Source of the DNA: a virus
Lineage: Duplodnaviria; Caudoviricetes
Direction: 5' to 3' (one strand)
Length of the DNA: 64,000 nt
IMG/VR virus record: IMGVR_UViG_3300020457_000007
Coordinates: 1 to 64,000 of that record
The notes under the pieces are model-generated. The model ran no database searches. It had not been told where the DNA came from and saw only the letters and a program-made list of their open reading frames with translations. Position numbers and translations under genes: made by a program. Positions 1 to 8,728 of this stretch are shown here, piece after piece; position 1 is the first letter of the stretch, and each line of letters starts with the position of its first letter.

Positions 1-1314
1 AGTGAATAGATATGCATTGAATGGAATCTGTGCTTTCTTACAGAACCACGCAATATTTAGAAGTTGCTTTACCATATTAAAGCATACTTCACCAATAGAT
101 CCTGACCAGTCAACAAGTGCAATTAGACCGTGGTTCTTACCATCAGGTATAATTGTTACTCTCTTGAATAGATCTTCATTGTACTTGTAAGTATGTAGCA
201 TAGAAGTGTTCAAAACACCAGTCTTTGCAGTAGATGCACGTGCATAAGCAGCAGCAGATTTCTTACACTCAAACTCTTTAACAAGGTAGCTAACTTCTCT
301 TGCTGCTTCCTTACGATACTTGTCGAACTCTTGGTCGGCAACCCCTACAGGATCAAATCCATACTCCTCGTTTTTCTCAGTCAGAGAAGCATAATGCTCT
401 GCACATCTGTCCATAAAGACTTTGTTAGAAACAACAATCTTCTCATACTTACTTGGTTTGATTTCAATAACATCAAGTTCCTCATAAGTGTTAGTTGAAG
501 TTAGATCTCTCAACTTAGACTCTAGTGATTCAACAGTGCTGAGATCCTTAGGTGCGTCTCCATCACCCTCATCAAATCCTGTACCACCATCAGTATCATC
601 ACCACTACCTTCACCATCCTCAGACTTAGTTTTAAAACCATCATCTCCTTCTTCATCACTCTCTTCACCATCATCTCCTTCACCCCAGTCACTACCAGGT
701 TGAGAACCATCACTAACACCGTCTGTGTTCGCTTGTGGCATCTGTTGCTTCTCTGCTTGTTGCTCTACATCCTTTCTGTAGTTCCAGAGCACTCTTGCTG
801 CCTCTATAGCATCCTCAAAAGTTTCTACTTGTGCTATCTGATCTACGATTGCTTGCTCAACTTCATTGAAAGGAATGTCAACATAGTTTCCAATCTTGAA
901 ATGTAGATTTACTCTATCTGCCATAGTAAACTCTTCAAGATCTTTCTCCCAAACACTAAAGAAGTCTTGATCATTTAATTGCTTATAACCTTCAAAGAAA
1001 GACTTACGTAAACCAGGAAACTTACGCTTCATTAACTTCTCAATACGTACGTCCTCTGTGATGTTTAAGTATCCTTGTGGTACACCAGTTGAACTAAGGT
1101 CTACATCAGGTGTGTATAATGCGTGTCCTACTTCGTGTCCTACAAGAAGATCATAGATTGTATTTGTTAGTCCTTTCCAGATAGGAAGTGTCAAGATCCT
1201 TTTATGCACATCGAACGATGCTGTGTCCACAGTCTTGTGTTGGACAATAAGGTTTTCAGTAGCTAGTAGTCTAGCAAGGTTACCTTTAACTTCGTAATGT
1301 GATGAATCTGGCAT
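1..1314 (-). CDS. Putative metallopeptidase / CobT-like VWA-domain protein (3' end beyond the window)
   Basis: Manual translation from ATG 1314 gives MPDSSHYEVKGNLARLLATENL...LLVGHEVGHALYTP (HEXXH), an acidic Asp/Glu/Gly linker around 540-740, and a MIDAS motif LVDWSGS near 95-120 in the same frame. Frame spot-checked as open. It is absent from the ORF track because it has no stop in the window. The frame is also open upstream to ATG 1485. Confidence 0.8.
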   Translation of the reverse strand, partial: MPDSSHYEVKGNLARLLATENLIVQHKTVDTASFDVHKRILTLPIWKGLTNTIYDLLVGHEVGHALYTPDVDLSSTGVPQGYLNITEDVRIEKLMKRKFPGLRKSFFEGYKQLNDQDFFSVWEKDLEEFTMADRVNLHFKIGNYVDIPFNEVEQAIVDQIAQVETFEDAIEAARVLWNYRKDVEQQAEKQQMPQANTDGVSDGSQPGSDWGEGDDGEESDEEGDDGFKTKSEDGEGSGDDTDGGTGFDEGDGDAPKDLSTVESLESKLRDLTSTNTYEELDVIEIKPSKYEKIVVSNKVFMDRCAEHYASLTEKNEEYGFDPVGVADQEFDKYRKEAAREVSYLVKEFECKKSAAAYARASTAKTGVLNTSMLHTYKYNEDLFKRVTIIPDGKNHGLIALVDWSGSIGEVCFNMVKQLLNIAWFCKKAQIPFNAYLFT

Positions 1315-1485
1315 TGGGTGTTTGTTTCTTATGTCCTTATTATACGAAGAAACCCTCCGCTTGGGAGGGTTAAGTAGACACTTTATCAACTGTCTACGTC
1401 TTGCTCTCGCTTGACGCAGTGCCTGTGGTTTAAGGTGGCGTTTCTTTTCTTTCTTTGAATGATGCTGCCAGTTTGGAACTTTCAT
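1315..1485 (-). CDS. Small basic ORF (MKVPNWQHHSKKEKKRHLKPQALRQARARRRQL...), in frame with and not separated by a stop from the downstream peptidase
   Basis: ATG at 1485 preceded by GGAGG; 57 sense codons run directly into ATG 1314. Confidence 0.55.
1339..1397 (-). promoter_or_regulatory. Early-type promoter with TATAAT box, GC-rich inverted repeat and upstream GTAGACA...TGTCTAC inverted repeat
   Basis: Minus strand reads GTAGACAGTTGATAAAGTGTCTAC-TT-AACCCTCC-CAAGC-GGAGGGTT-TCTTCG-TATAAT, 24 nt before ATG 1314. Resembles the palindromic early-gene motif of T4-like cyanophages. Confidence 0.7.
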
Positions 1486-1585
1486 TGAGTGCCTCCAGTG
1501 CGGCTAGTACTTCGGGAGTCTCTTCCCAACTCCACGTTTCTTCTCGACCTTTCTTATCTATCTTAGTGAATGATTTAACGGTCAT
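1430..1585 (-). CDS. Small hypothetical protein, 51 aa (MTVKSFTKIDKKGREETWSWEETPEV...)
   Basis: Manual translation; GGAGG RBS upstream; overlaps both neighbours in operon style. Confidence 0.6.
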   Translation of the reverse strand: MTVKSFTKIDKKGREETWSWEETPEVLAALEALNESSKLAASFKERKETPP

Positions 1586-1781
1586 TAATTAGATCCTCCG
1601 ACTTAATTGAAAATAGAATGTCATCCAGTTCCTGTATATGCTCAATGTTGAACACCATCTCGCTAACGTGCTTGATGAGGAATGGACTTTCGGTTCTAGC
1701 AGCAAAGGCAAGTGCTTCTCGCAAATGCTTCTGTGCTTCTGCTAGTTCTGATTTAACCTGTTCTGAAATTTGTTTCTGCAT
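1575..1781 (-). CDS. Hypothetical protein, 68 aa
   Basis: ORF track; start overlaps the gp46 stop (TAATG coupling). Confidence 0.7.
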   Translation of the reverse strand: MQKQISEQVKSELAEAQKHLREALAFAARTESPFLIKHVSEMVFNIEHIQELDDILFSIKSEDLINDR

Positions 1782-3490
1782 TAGGACTCTGTTATAAGTG
1801 AGTCGGGACCACCAGATTCCTTGATCTCAAGATGTGAGAAGTTTTGTGGTTTGGAGAACTGTAGTACCCGCATAAATTTGTCTGTCAAGTTATCACGGTG
1901 CGAGATAACAAACACGTTTGACTTATCGTTAAACGTTCTAAGGATGAATGATAACTCATCTGACCCTACTGTGTCAAGTGATCCATCAAAGATCTCGTCA
2001 AGGATAAGGAGATTGGTGTCAACGCTGTTCTTTAGTTTAGCAATGGATCGCCAAGTTAGCAACAAACTGATATCAATACGTGCTTTCTCACCCTCTGAAA
2101 AATTTTCATATGAGAACTCATCAATGTATCTAGACTTCAATACTTCCTTAAACTCTTCATCTAATGTGAAGTTACAGTAGAATTGTAACTTATTTAAGTA
2201 CTGGTTGATGAGTTTATTCATCACAGGTAAGTACTTCTTAATGATTCTTGTTTTAATACCTGAGTCTCTCAACAGCAGACTAGCTGTCATATGTACATCC
2301 AAACTCTTTTTGGATTCTACAAGTGACAAGGTGACAGACCTTAAATCCTCTTGCATTTCAAGCAGTTTGGTAGCTTCTACGTCTATAGAAGAGCCACTAG
2401 CTTCCAGATCTTTCTGTTGTGTAGTTAATGCCTTTATGGTACCGTTCTGTGTATGTGTGATTTGTATCTGCTTAGATATCTCACCACTCAGTTCACGTAA
2501 TTTTTCTAACGGTGAAACAACTTCAGTAAGACGCTTATCGATATCTTGAAAAGCCGTTTCGATCTCTCCGATCTTTTCATCGAGTTCCTTGATTCTGTCA
2601 CGTTTCAACTCCTCTGTTATAGATTGCTTACAGGTAGGACAGGAATCATTTCTGATATAGAATCCCTTGTCCTTGTTTAGTTTATTCTTTTTACTAGTTA
2701 GTTTCTGTGATACAGTACATAATTGATTCTTAACTTTCTCTGGGTCATTCAGTTCTGCGATCTCATCATTGAGATCTGCTATCATAGCATTCGCTTCTGC
2801 TATCTTAGCTACGCATTTATTCTGTTCATCTAAGATATTCTTTAACTGAGATTTTTGTTTTGATTCTAGTTGTGTAATGAACCCTTCTTGTAGAGTGATC
2901 TTCTCCTTAACGCTTTGAGCGTTTAGTTCGTGCACCTGCACAGCATCCCTTATCTCTTTCAACCTGACTTTCAGGATCTCATTCATAGAAGAGAAGACAT
3001 TTATATCTAGGAGATCTTCTATGATTTCTCTACGTTGAGCACCAGGTAATCTCATAAATGGAACAAATGTTGATGATCCAAGTACAACGATCTGAGTAAA
3101 TGATTTGTAATTAAGTTTTAATATTTGTTTCTCAAGTGTCTTCTGTTGATCTACTACCTTCGAGTCCTGATCAAGCATCTTACCATTCTCCCAAATCTCA
3201 AAGAAGTTTGGTTTGATACCACGTTTAATATGATAGCGTCTCTGACCTATCTGAAATTCTACTTCTACTACAGTACCTTTATCGTTTACACTATTGACAA
3301 GTTGTGATTTGCTGATCTTCCTAAATGGTTTTCCGAACAAGCCAAAAGTAAAGGCATCAAGGACAGTACTCTTACCTGCTCCATTGCTACCTATAATTAA
3401 ATTAGTTTTGTGTGTTGTGATATCAATCTCAGTAAAGGTGTCACCTGTACTAAGAAGGTTTTTCCATCGTATTTTCTGGAATTGGATCAT
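1781..3490 (-). CDS. gp46: Recombination endonuclease subunit (SbcC/Rad50-like ATPase)
   Basis: Walker A GSNGAGKS, CPTC zinc hook within coiled coil, signature FSEGE, Walker B LLILDE. Confidence 0.97.
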   Translation of the reverse strand: MIQFQKIRWKNLLSTGDTFTEIDITTHKTNLIIGSNGAGKSTVLDAFTFGLFGKPFRKISKSQLVNSVNDKGTVVEVEFQIGQRRYHIKRGIKPNFFEIWENGKMLDQDSKVVDQQKTLEKQILKLNYKSFTQIVVLGSSTFVPFMRLPGAQRREIIEDLLDINVFSSMNEILKVRLKEIRDAVQVHELNAQSVKEKITLQEGFITQLESKQKSQLKNILDEQNKCVAKIAEANAMIADLNDEIAELNDPEKVKNQLCTVSQKLTSKKNKLNKDKGFYIRNDSCPTCKQSITEELKRDRIKELDEKIGEIETAFQDIDKRLTEVVSPLEKLRELSGEISKQIQITHTQNGTIKALTTQQKDLEASGSSIDVEATKLLEMQEDLRSVTLSLVESKKSLDVHMTASLLLRDSGIKTRIIKKYLPVMNKLINQYLNKLQFYCNFTLDEEFKEVLKSRYIDEFSYENFSEGEKARIDISLLLTWRSIAKLKNSVDTNLLILDEIFDGSLDTVGSDELSFILRTFNDKSNVFVISHRDNLTDKFMRVLQFSKPQNFSHLEIKESGGPDSLITES

Positions 3491-3752
3491 CAGGTATCAC
3501 AGGGGGAATAACAAGTTCATCAGGTGTGATGATACTATACTTGGAATTAGTTTGCTCACACGTGGCAATGACCTGACGGTCTTCAACTTCAGTGATAGCC
3601 ATAGGAGGAAAATCCTCTTCTGCCTCTAGAAGTGTAGCATACCGCATTGCGTCGTCTTTGTCAACAAAGAGATACAAAACGTTTTCATCCACTTCGTCAC
3701 GGACAGCATAAGCCCCCTCCTTGCCCATTCCTTGTAGTGTGATGATGAACAT
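3450..3752 (-). CDS. Conserved cyanophage hypothetical protein between gp47 and gp46
   Basis: 100-aa ORF translationally coupled to gp47; position typical of cyanomyoviruses. Confidence 0.8.
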   Translation of the reverse strand: MFIITLQGMGKEGAYAVRDEVDENVLYLFVDKDDAMRYATLLEAEEDFPPMAITEVEDRQVIATCEQTNSKYSIITPDELVIPPVIPDDPIPENTMEKPS

Positions 3753-4783
3753 TATACAGCTTCACAACTTTCAATATATAGTGATTTCATTAATTTCTTA
3801 AGGTCGGTTTTATCTACATTAACGTCCACGTCATCTAGGTATTCATCTAGTAATGACAAGGTATCTTTAACGTCGATATCATTTGCCTGTGGATCCTCAA
3901 AGACTCCAACCTTCTCTATAACACTAACGTCTAATGCACCCTCATCATATAATGAGTTTAGCATATGTTCAAATCGAACGTAGTTAGTTTTCTGTTCTAC
4001 TATAACCTTAACGTATTGTCCTCTATAATTCTTTGGTTCTATCTCTGTATCATCATTCCAGTATATCTTAGAGAAGATCTCATATGGATTCTTGATGAAC
4101 TCCATTTCAAAGGTATCTGTTTCAAAGCTATGGAATCCTCTAGGGTCTCCATAGTCATTCCAATATAACTGATAAGGATTACCTAAGTAAGTTACGTTGC
4201 CTTTCGTGGATTTGTGATGGAAGTGGCCAGATAATACGAGATCAAAGTCTGAAAAAACACTAGCGTCCATACCGTGTTCGTATACGAAGCCAGGGCGAGC
4301 AAGATAGCCGCTGAGCTCGAGATGACCCATTGCGACTTTGGAAGTACTTTGCTTAATTGTCTTGAGAGATTTTTCATAGTTATCCGCACATATCCACGGT
4401 ACAAATAGTATAGAGGTACCTCCTATATCTAGATCAAGAGCATCCTGATAACAATACACATTGTCATATTCCGACAATAGCATATACAATGTATTGAGAT
4501 CGTTTGTATTTTTATAGTATGCTGTATGGTTACCTACGATAGTATGAACAGTAATGTCCATAGCCCTAAGAGTATCATAGTATCTCCTAGCCCATTGTAA
4601 GGTAACAAAGTCTATGCTCTTTCGATTGTCAAATGTATCTCCTAGATCTAAGAGCGTGGTTATCTTATTCTCCTTCAACCAAGGAAAGAATATATTCTCA
4701 TAGAACTCTGAGTAGTAATCTAAGTATACCTGACTACCCTTATGAGAACCAAAGTGTTGGTCGGTTATGATCCCTACTTTCAT
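3752..4783 (-). CDS. gp47: Recombination endonuclease subunit (SbcD/Mre11-like nuclease)
   Basis: Metallophosphoesterase motifs TDQHFG, LGDTFD, VGNH, SGHFH. Confidence 0.97.
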   Translation of the reverse strand: MKVGIITDQHFGSHKGSQVYLDYYSEFYENIFFPWLKENKITTLLDLGDTFDNRKSIDFVTLQWARRYYDTLRAMDITVHTIVGNHTAYYKNTNDLNTLYMLLSEYDNVYCYQDALDLDIGGTSILFVPWICADNYEKSLKTIKQSTSKVAMGHLELSGYLARPGFVYEHGMDASVFSDFDLVLSGHFHHKSTKGNVTYLGNPYQLYWNDYGDPRGFHSFETDTFEMEFIKNPYEIFSKIYWNDDTEIEPKNYRGQYVKVIVEQKTNYVRFEHMLNSLYDEGALDVSVIEKVGVFEDPQANDIDVKDTLSLLDEYLDDVDVNVDKTDLKKLMKSLYIESCEAV

Positions 4784-4959
4784 TTCTTGGTAGTATTACT
4801 ACGTGTCCTGTTTATGATAGAGATGAACTTGTCACCAGCAAAATGCCCACCAAGGCAGACATCTATCTCATCACCATCTTTCCAATTCACATCACCATTC
4901 ATTTTGGTGTGTTGCATTAGAACAGCAATCTTGTCGATCACATCTTGTGTCAGTCTCAT
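4780..4959 (-). CDS. Small hypothetical protein, 59 aa (MRLTQDVIDKIAVLMQHTKMNGDVNWKDGDEIDVCLGG...)
   Basis: Manual translation; ATGA overlaps with both gp55 and gp47. Confidence 0.7.
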   Translation of the reverse strand: MRLTQDVIDKIAVLMQHTKMNGDVNWKDGDEIDVCLGGHFAGDKFISIINRTRSNTTKK

Positions 4960-5456
4960 CTAGACATTCTGATTTCAATGTTTTCCTTGATGGAGTTCAT
5001 ATCCGAATCGGAGCTACCCATCCCTGTCATTGTACCATCATATTTGTCAGAGTGCAACACTTCGCTATATCCTGATCTCTCGATTAGTTTGGTACGGATC
5101 TCTAGTTGCTTCTTCTCCTTCTGGATCTTACGTAGAAATGCGTAGTAAATTATTTGTGTGAAATATGCAAAAGGGTTCTTGGATTTCTCTGGATCGAAGT
5201 TGTCCACATACTGTAAGCAGTTCTCTATACCATCACATACCATATCCTCTCTGAACATATAGTTCACGAAGTTTGGTTTGTATGATAGGTGCGTAGCGAT
5301 CTTTAAGAAGCACTCTGCAATGTAGGGGGTGAGGCGAGGACGAGGGAGATCGTTCTGTTTAGCAAAATGAACCTTCTCTCTGTACGCTACGATAGCAGCC
5401 AAGAAGTCTTTATTATTGACGTAATACTCCGTCTTGACTTTAGATCGCATTGCCAT
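4956..5456 (-). CDS. gp55: Late-transcription sigma factor
   Basis: YVNNKDFL, FLKIATHLSYKPNFVNY and NFDPEKSKNPFAYFTQIIYYAFLRKIQKEK are gp55 signatures. Confidence 0.96.
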   Translation of the reverse strand: MAMRSKVKTEYYVNNKDFLAAIVAYREKVHFAKQNDLPRPRLTPYIAECFLKIATHLSYKPNFVNYMFREDMVCDGIENCLQYVDNFDPEKSKNPFAYFTQIIYYAFLRKIQKEKKQLEIRTKLIERSGYSEVLHSDKYDGTMTGMGSSDSDMNSIKENIEIRMSR

Positions 5457-5479
5457 TTTTTGTTTCCTTTTGTATCGTT

Positions 5480-5509
5480 ATTATAGCACACTGCCTAAGG
5501 GCTTGACAA
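5480..5509 (-). promoter_or_regulatory. Sigma70-type promoter for gp55
   Basis: Minus strand TTGTCA-N18-TATAAT with extended -10 (TGC TATAAT). Confidence 0.7.
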
Positions 5510-5531
5510 GTACTCTTAATCTCTATAGAAT
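5503..5531 (+). promoter_or_regulatory. Sigma70-type promoter pointing antisense into the upstream genes
   Basis: Plus strand TTGACA-N17-TAGAAT. Confidence 0.5.
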
Positions 5532-5555
5532 AACAGTGTCGCTGTTCAGGGGACA

Positions 5556-5987
5556 TTAGGCCCTATACATTTTTTCAAATATGGTTCTAGCTTTGTTGAT
5601 AGAACCTAGGTTACCCATTTCGAGTGTGGGTCTTATCCTATTAGGAATAGAATTTCGGAAGACCATATCAATATTCTCCTGATAGAAGTCAGCGATCGGT
5701 TTAACCGCCGTCGTCATTGCTACTATCTTAGCACGTTCTACAACAAATGTCTCGTCTTGTGACATACAAGACTTCATCCATAGATCCAACTTGAATCCTT
5801 TAATCACTGTGGAACGATCCGACGCATTTGCTTCTAACACTTGCATAGGATTATGAAGATATATAACTGAGTCATCCTCAGGAGGAAACGTCACTCCAGA
5901 AATGAGCTCTTCACCAGTCAACAATTTAAGTGAGCCAATAAAATCGTAGTCTGGTTTGTCAGGTGTGAATTTGATTTCTTTTTCCAT
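5556..5987 (-). CDS. Conserved T4-like hypothetical protein (Sm-like beta fold likely)
   Basis: KLLTGEELI...LHNPM pattern; conserved position between uvsW and gp55. Confidence 0.75.
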   Translation of the reverse strand: MEKEIKFTPDKPDYDFIGSLKLLTGEELISGVTFPPEDDSVIYLHNPMQVLEANASDRSTVIKGFKLDLWMKSCMSQDETFVVERAKIVAMTTAVKPIADFYQENIDMVFRNSIPNRIRPTLEMGNLGSINKARTIFEKMYRA

Positions 5988-5990
5988 AGG

Positions 5991-7466
5991 CTAGAATTTG
6001 CTTTGAACTTTTATGATTTCATAATCAAAATTTTCATCAGCATAAATTTTAAGTCGTTCTTCAAAGTGTTTAAAAGTAAAATTCTTCCATTCTCCACGTG
6101 AGATATTATCGCTAATATCATAGAGTGTGGCTACGGTTTTACCTTTTCCCCTGCGAAGGACTCTACCAATTGATTGGAGGTTTCTAATACGGGATTTACT
6201 GGGGCTTGCGAACACGATATTGTGCAAACGCTTAATGTTGATACCAGTACTAAAAGTCCCATAGGACGCAACGATGATAGCATTTTCCTCTAGTTCAGTG
6301 ATTCTTCTTACTTCTTCTCTATCTTCTACATCAACTCCTCCGTGTACGAAGAAGACTTTACGAGATTCAGTACTATTATTTATCAAATTGTAAAGCGGTT
6401 CTCCGTGTCTCTCCACGTAATTGAAGAGGACTAGAGTGTTTCCACGGAGATCTATACATAGATTCTTTATAAGGTTGTTCCTTTTCTCGTGTGAAATAAG
6501 GTAATCTATTTCATCTTGGTAACTATCGAACGTACCCCACTCGTGCTTTAACACTAGACACTTTACTTTCAATGGTGTAAGATGACCCTTGTCCATTAAT
6601 TGTTTTGTTTTGATGAGCTGTTCACACGGACCAAACAACCCTTCAAGTATCCACTTGTGCGTAAGCGTACCGTCCAGTGTACCAGTAAATCCAATCCTAT
6701 ACTTACAGGAATGAAGTTTGGTCATAATCTTAGTCAGTGACTTGGATTTGAATAGGTGAGCTTCATCACCTAATACCACATCATACTTCTCAAAGAACTT
6801 TCTTGGTTCCTTGTATATGGATTGCCAAGTAGTTATAGTTACGTTAGACTTCTTATACTTATCCGCACCCGCATAAATCTTGTGACAATGTTTCTCGACA
6901 TTCCATCCATACTCTATAAAATCCTGATACATCTGTTCTACAAGAGAGGTAGTAGGAACAACTAGTAAAACCTTCCTTCTTTGGGCTACGTGAAATCTAG
7001 TGATAGCATACACCATCAAGGATTTTCCCGAACCAGTAGGAGAGAGTAATAGTTTACGATTGTACTTTAGTGCCAGAGTGACACCTTCTATCTGATATGG
7101 TCGTGGTTCTATCTTTTCAAACTTACTATTCTTGAGTATGTTCTTCATAAACATACGTACTGCCATCTGTGATATATCGTTTACTTCATACGGAGGACCA
7201 AAATGATCATTGTCTTCAAACTCTAGTGTGTACTTCATTGCTGCACACCACTGATGGATATGCTCTGTTAGTCCACCATATATCTCACCATTGCCAGGTG
7301 AGTATAGACGTATCTTACCGTCCCATACTTTGTTCCTATACAATGGCATAAACTTTGCCTCAGGAACATCAAAGGTAAAGTACTCAGAGAGTTCTCTATG
7401 AACGTGTTCCTCTGCCTTAACTACGTTATAGACTTCGTTCTTTTTTTGTAGAATAATGTTAGCCAC
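5991..7466 (-). CDS. uvsW: RNA-DNA/DNA-DNA helicase
   Basis: PRPYQ, SPTGSGKS, DEAH, TGT and QSIGRVLR SF2 motifs. Likely GTG start at 7466 overlapping the uvsY stop; the ORF track start at 7541 lies well inside uvsY. Confidence 0.96.
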   Translation of the reverse strand: MANIILQKKNEVYNVVKAEEHVHRELSEYFTFDVPEAKFMPLYRNKVWDGKIRLYSPGNGEIYGGLTEHIHQWCAAMKYTLEFEDNDHFGPPYEVNDISQMAVRMFMKNILKNSKFEKIEPRPYQIEGVTLALKYNRKLLLSPTGSGKSLMVYAITRFHVAQRRKVLLVVPTTSLVEQMYQDFIEYGWNVEKHCHKIYAGADKYKKSNVTITTWQSIYKEPRKFFEKYDVVLGDEAHLFKSKSLTKIMTKLHSCKYRIGFTGTLDGTLTHKWILEGLFGPCEQLIKTKQLMDKGHLTPLKVKCLVLKHEWGTFDSYQDEIDYLISHEKRNNLIKNLCIDLRGNTLVLFNYVERHGEPLYNLINNSTESRKVFFVHGGVDVEDREEVRRITELEENAIIVASYGTFSTGINIKRLHNIVFASPSKSRIRNLQSIGRVLRRGKGKTVATLYDISDNISRGEWKNFTFKHFEERLKIYADENFDYEIIKVQSKF

Positions 7467-7902
7467 TTCTGAACTTCTCCCACTCAATAGCGTTTTTAAT
7501 TTGGTATTGACGTGCGGAGATTTGCTTGAGTACAGACTCAAGGAAGTATAGTATAATCTTGAAGAACTCGATCCTTGCTTTAATCTTAGCTAGATCTTCA
7601 TCTGCATCAAGAAACATCTCCACCTCATCTCTGGTGGTTAGTTTTAAATCAAAGGGAATATCTTTATATGCTGAAGCTGGTGCTTTCTTTTTGTAATACA
7701 TCCACTTTTCTTTTAGCTTGAACTTTAGTTCAAACTCTTTGTCAAGTAGTTTGTGCTTCCAGTCTACGTACTGATCTAAGTACTTGGAATGTAGATAGGG
7801 AGTTTCATTACAGGCTTTTAGAAAGTCTGGGTAGCCATCATTACCATCAAGAATAGTGGAGTCTTTTCTCCACTGGTCTTTCAATTCATCAAGAAGGGAC
7901 AT
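7459..7902 (-). CDS. uvsY: Recombination mediator
   Basis: WRKDS...PYLHSKY...YQIKNAIEWEKF pattern; located between gp3 and uvsW. Confidence 0.9.
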   Translation of the reverse strand: MSLLDELKDQWRKDSTILDGNDGYPDFLKACNETPYLHSKYLDQYVDWKHKLLDKEFELKFKLKEKWMYYKKKAPASAYKDIPFDLKLTTRDEVEMFLDADEDLAKIKARIEFFKIILYFLESVLKQISARQYQIKNAIEWEKFRSG

Positions 7903-8413
7903 ACTTACGGGATTCCATATTCAAGAACTCATAGAACGAATACTTAAAAGTAACCGTTGCTTGTAAAAATTCAATATCAGTAGCTTGCACATTAAGTGGT
8001 AGCGTAGTTAATGACACAGGAAAGAGGTCACTAAAATTGATATAGAAGTTAGGATTTAACTGATTGGTTAATATGAATAGATTTCCTGTAGCGAATTGTA
8101 CTTCCTTTTCCGTATCTGGTTCATACGCTAAAGTAGTATCGTTGATCCAATTCCAGATAGACAAGTAATTTTTTAGATCTTCGTCTACTAGAAATTGTAC
8201 TTGGAAGTCGCCAAAGGATGTACCACCAGAAGCGGGTATAGGCAAACGTCGCCTAGGTGTAGATACCTCATTCACTACGGCAGAGATATCAGGGATAGAG
8301 GCTTGTTGACAGAAAAAATCTACGCTAGGAAATATATCCAGATCCAATTGGAAACCAGTTGGTGAAAGGAAGTTCCTGTTAGATGGTTGCTGACTAACCC
8401 AGTTAGCTGGCAT
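7889..8413 (-). CDS. gp3: Tail completion / tube terminator protein
   Basis: NRNFLSPTGF, FLVDEDLKNY, LFPVSL and ATVTFKYS motifs. Confidence 0.9.
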   Translation of the reverse strand: MPANWVSQQPSNRNFLSPTGFQLDLDIFPSVDFFCQQASIPDISAVVNEVSTPRRRLPIPASGGTSFGDFQVQFLVDEDLKNYLSIWNWINDTTLAYEPDTEKEVQFATGNLFILTNQLNPNFYINFSDLFPVSLTTLPLNVQATDIEFLQATVTFKYSFYEFLNMESRKYVPS

Positions 8414-8437
8414 AACATAATCAGTTCTTTACACCAC

Positions 8438-8444
8438 TATTTAG
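8438..8444 (-). promoter_or_regulatory. Late promoter (CTAAATA) for gp3
   Basis: Matches the TAAATA core found upstream of many structural genes in this window. Confidence 0.6.
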
Positions 8445-8662
8445 TCCTTATATTGAACCCAGTTTTCAGCAAAGTCTTCGCAGTATATTAAATTGTCGTA
8501 GTAGCGATGATAAGAAGAAGTAGCCCCCTTAATAAAATCGGTCGCACGTATACAACGTCGATCGTACTCAACGCATATAGCACAGAATCTTCCGTCATCT
8601 TCTTCGACAACGAGTGCTGATCTTCGATCATTGTCGGAATAGTAAGTGGAGTGTCTAATCAT
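8441..8662 (-). CDS. Hypothetical protein, 73 aa (MIRHSTYYSDNDRR...CEDFAENWVQ)
   Basis: In-frame ATG at 8662 lies just downstream of the gp23 terminator and a TATAAT box; the ORF track start at 8695 lies inside the terminator hairpin. Confidence 0.7.
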   Translation of the reverse strand: MIRHSTYYSDNDRRSALVVEEDDGRFCAICVEYDRRCIRATDFIKGATSSYHRYYDNLIYCEDFAENWVQYKD

Positions 8663-8679
8663 AGTTATAATTATAGCAT

Positions 8680-8709
8680 AAAAAAAGAGACCCACAAGGA
8701 GTCTCTTTT
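8680..8709 (-). terminator. Rho-independent terminator after gp23
   Basis: AGAGACTC-CTTGT-GGGTCTCT stem followed by a U tract. Confidence 0.8.
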
Positions 8710-8728
8710 GATATATTGTGATAATAGA

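Noticed and set aside
7467-7541. N-terminal extension of UvsW given in the ORF track
   Set aside because: It overlaps the uvsY coding region; GTG 7466 gives the usual N-terminus and coupling to the uvsY stop.
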